This document shows, one piece after another, positions 61,349 through 64,000 of a stretch of 64,000 bases of DNA. A program made the position numbers and the translations under genes. Below the pieces are notes generated by a model. It did not search any database. It worked only from the letters and a program-made list of their open reading frames with translations, and had not been told where the DNA came from. Each line of letters opens with the position of its first letter. The first letter of the stretch is position 1. The DNA is from Chitinophagaceae bacterium. GTDB taxonomy: Bacteria > Bacteroidota > Bacteroidia > Chitinophagales > Chitinophagaceae. Location of the stretch: positions 127,055-191,054 of the forward strand of contig JAMLHK010000009.1 in NCBI GenBank assembly GCA_023957155.1, read 5' to 3'.

Positions 61349-62737
61349 ATGAACGATACTTTAATGGTCAATAAGAATTGGTGGCGCAGCAGCGCCGAAG
61401 GCATTCCGCGTTTGATAACAGAACTGCCCGGTCCGCGTTCTAAGCAGATGCACGACAATACGGCACGGTATATGAAAGGATTAAGCTCGCAGGTAAAATT
61501 ATTCCCGGTTTGTTTTGAAGAAGGCAGCGGGATAACGCTCACCGATGTGGATGGCAATAAATATCTTGATTTCTCTTCCGGGATTTATGTCACTTCACTG
61601 GGACATTGCCATCCAAAAATATCTGAAGCGATCGCTTACTGGGCAAAGAAGCTGATGAATGCGCATGACTTTACCACGCCTGTAAAAGAGAAGCTGATGG
61701 AGAAGATGGCAGCGATCCTGCCCGGTAGGCTGAATGCGGTGCAATTGTATTCCGATGGTGCCACGGCTGTGGAAGCAGCTATACGGGCGGCAAGAGCCAT
61801 TACCCATAAGCATGAATTTATTTCCGCCTACCGCGATTTTCATGGCAAAAGCATGGGAGCGGTAAGCTGCGCGCAGATGTACAGGAGCGAAACCTTTAGC
61901 TATGGTCCCACCAGGGCAGCGGGCTTTTATATGGTGCCCCGGCCCGATCCCTATCACCCGTTGTGGAAGAAAGCCGATGGCACAATTGATACGGACGCGT
62001 ATATCAGCTTTTATGAAAATTTTTTAAAGGAAGCCACCGTAGGCAATGTAGCGGCGTTTGTGCTGGAGCCGGCACAGGGATGGGCGGGAAGCATCTTTCC
62101 ACCCGATGATTTTTTTCCGAAGCTAAAAAAACTATGCGAGCAACATAAAATACTGCTGTATGATGATGAGGTATTGGCCGGCATGGGAAGAACAGGAGAA
62201 TGGCTTACACTGAACCACTGGAATGTAATACCGGATATTGTAACCTTTGGCAAATCATTTGGCAATGGATTCCCGGTAACCGCCATGGTGGTGAGCGAAG
62301 AAAATGGCGAAGCGCTGGAAAAAATTTCCGCTTCTTCCAGCTATGGCGGCAACCCGATGGCCTGCGCTGCCGCACTGGCTTCCATAGAAGTGATCGAAGA
62401 AGAAAATATACTGGAGAATGTAAGAACCGTGGGCGGTTATTTCATGAAGCGGATGCAGCAAATGAAAGCGGAACATCCCATTATAGGCGATGTGAAAGGA
62501 AAAGGTTTTTTGCTGGGAATAGAGCTGGTAAAAGATAAAGCAACCAAAGAACCTTTTGCGGAAGCGGGCGTAGCAGTATACCAAAAAGCTTTTAGAAAAG
62601 GACTGGCATGGATACCCGCAGGTCATATTCTTCGCATGTCGCCACCGCTGATCATGGATGAAAAATATGCAGCAATGGGCATGGATATCATTGAAGATGC
62701 GATAAGTGAAGTAGAAAAGGAATTTGGATATAAATGA
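61349..62737 (+). CDS. Class III PLP aminotransferase
   Basis: DVDGNKYLDF, FHGKS, LEPAQG, DDEVLAGMGRTG, TFGKSFGNG and YGGNP. Confidence 0.92.
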   Translation: MNDTLMVNKNWWRSSAEGIPRLITELPGPRSKQMHDNTARYMKGLSSQVKLFPVCFEEGSGITLTDVDGNKYLDFSSGIYVTSLGHCHPKISEAIAYWAKKLMNAHDFTTPVKEKLMEKMAAILPGRLNAVQLYSDGATAVEAAIRAARAITHKHEFISAYRDFHGKSMGAVSCAQMYRSETFSYGPTRAAGFYMVPRPDPYHPLWKKADGTIDTDAYISFYENFLKEATVGNVAAFVLEPAQGWAGSIFPPDDFFPKLKKLCEQHKILLYDDEVLAGMGRTGEWLTLNHWNVIPDIVTFGKSFGNGFPVTAMVVSEENGEALEKISASSSYGGNPMACAAALASIEVIEEENILENVRTVGGYFMKRMQQMKAEHPIIGDVKGKGFLLGIELVKDKATKEPFAEAGVAVYQKAFRKGLAWIPAGHILRMSPPLIMDEKYAAMGMDIIEDAISEVEKEFGYK

Positions 62738-63004
62738 TTGTTTAAATAAAAAGTGCATTTCGAGTTAATGCAGCAGGCGTACGCCCGCAAAACATGAAAT
62801 ATACACCTAAGCGCTTAACAGAATATTATGATATCAAAGAAAACAACTTGTATTAAAACCTTAGTAACACATTGCTAATAACAATACAACCTTATTAGCT
62901 TCAATGAAGAGATAGTAAAATTAGTACCTGCTAATTATTGGAACGAGATATAATAATGTAATAAGGTTGGGTTAAGGTTCATATTTTATTACTAAGGTCA
63001 TAAG

Positions 63005-63025
63005 CCTGCCTGTCGGGCAGACAGG
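63005..63025. repeat. REP-like palindrome
   Basis: CCTGCCTG-TCGGG-CAGACAGG. Confidence 0.5.
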
Positions 63026-63164
63026 GTTTGATCCTGTAACGAAACATTGTGAGATTTGAAATATACTGGGGATCGTACATATAAAATGAGATCACCACAC
63101 GATAGCCTGGTAACCCAAAGAAAAAACAGTAACAGTAATGATTCATTCTGAAAATAATTAAAGT

Positions 63165-64000
63165 ATGGGAAAAAGCTCACTACACCAGTTAACAGACGGC
63201 GGCTTGCGCATTGGCTGGGCGATAGAGGATGTAACTCCGGAAGGACCGGTATCGTTGTACGGGCAGTACTATGAACGGATCTCAGAATATGTGCAGAGCA
63301 GGTTAACGGTAACGGCATGTGCCATGGAAAAGATCATGGATGACGGCGGTTCAGAGCAGGCGGTGTTGGTTTCGATGGATGTGATCTATACTTTAAAGGA
63401 AATGCAGGATGCCGTTCGTGCACGCCTCCAGGAAATAATACCCGACCTTGACCTGAACAAAATATTTTTGAATGCTACTCATACGCATTCGGCGCCTTAT
63501 CCCGAAGTGGAAAGCGGTTTCGGGGAAATATTATTGGACGGTATCTGTAAGGCTGTGATCAACGCATGGAAAAACCGTAAACCTGCTGCTGTCAGCACCG
63601 GCTTTGATTATGCAGTTATCGGGCATAACCGCAGGGTGATGTATGCCAACGGAACAGCGGAGATGTATGGCGATACGGAGCGGGAAGATTTTTTGGCCAT
63701 AGAAGGTCCCACTGATCCCGGGATTGATCTGCTTTTTACCTGGGATCTTGATAAGCTATTGACAGGTATATGGGTAAATGTTGCCTGCCCGGCGCAGGTA
63801 ACGGAATCTAAGTATTATGTATCCTCCGACTTCTGGAGTGAGGTGCGAAAAAAGGTAGCCGAAAGATTTGGGAAAACAGTTCATATTCTCCCCCAGTGTA
63901 GCGCTGCCGGTGACATTGCGCCGCGAGACCTTACTACCCGTTACAGGGCCGGTGAGCCTGACATGTGGGATGTGCCGGGTATTGTTGAAATCGGGAAAAG
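63165..64000 (+). CDS. Neutral/alkaline ceramidase-like amidohydrolase, 5' part (runs off the window)
   Basis: Manual translation MGKSSLHQLTDGGLRIGWAIEDVTP...LYGQYYERIS...LVSMD...LNATHTHSAP...GHNRR. Missing from the ORF track because it has no stop in the window. Confidence 0.8.
   Translation, partial: MGKSSLHQLTDGGLRIGWAIEDVTPEGPVSLYGQYYERISEYVQSRLTVTACAMEKIMDDGGSEQAVLVSMDVIYTLKEMQDAVRARLQEIIPDLDLNKIFLNATHTHSAPYPEVESGFGEILLDGICKAVINAWKNRKPAAVSTGFDYAVIGHNRRVMYANGTAEMYGDTEREDFLAIEGPTDPGIDLLFTWDLDKLLTGIWVNVACPAQVTESKYYVSSDFWSEVRKKVAERFGKTVHILPQCSAAGDIAPRDLTTRYRAGEPDMWDVPGIVEIGK

Noticed and set aside
192-63318. Many short antisense or overlapping ORFs in the ORF track (e.g. 5440-5931, 9888-10424, 52840-53430, 62255-62758, 62998-63318)
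   Set aside because: They are shadow frames of well-supported genes and show no recognisable motifs.

Overview
A 64 kb chromosomal window from a Bacteroidota bacterium, probably Chitinophagaceae. The assignment rests on TAnnTTTG -7 promoter boxes, lipoprotein/Tat-exported carbohydrate enzymes and typical gene neighbourhoods. Housekeeping genes (folC, tonB-like, pyrE, coaD, pyrB, flotillin/NfeD, ruvX, engB, icd, a SulA/CapB-like acyltransferase, glk) alternate with four carbohydrate clusters whose substrates are unknown or only partly known. (1) AraC + sodium:solute symporter + atypical DHDPS-family aldolase + Asp-box sialidase-like lipoprotein + unknown membrane protein. (2) DUF1080 + PL11-like FG-GAP lipoprotein + GH109 + enolase-superfamily dehydratase, near a GMC glycoside dehydrogenase pair. 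(3) A LacI locus with GH109, cutC, GH123, GH29 and GH95, carrying two matching operator-like motifs. (4) AraC + sugar porter + FucI-like isomerase + PfkB kinase + class III aminotransferase + ceramidase-like amidohydrolase. Cluster 4 is the best candidate for an undescribed pathway (amino-alditol or amino-sugar catabolism). Also present: a toxin-antitoxin module with a frameshifted toxin, an operator palindrome and integron-cassette-like GTT/AAC ends; an aqpZ remnant; an AT-rich AlbA_2/HATPase gene; a USP/Hsp20/MlaFED stress cluster; and a four-arm inverted-repeat element. No tRNA, rRNA, CRISPR array, integrase or transposase was seen. All calls come from reading motifs by eye; no database searches were run.
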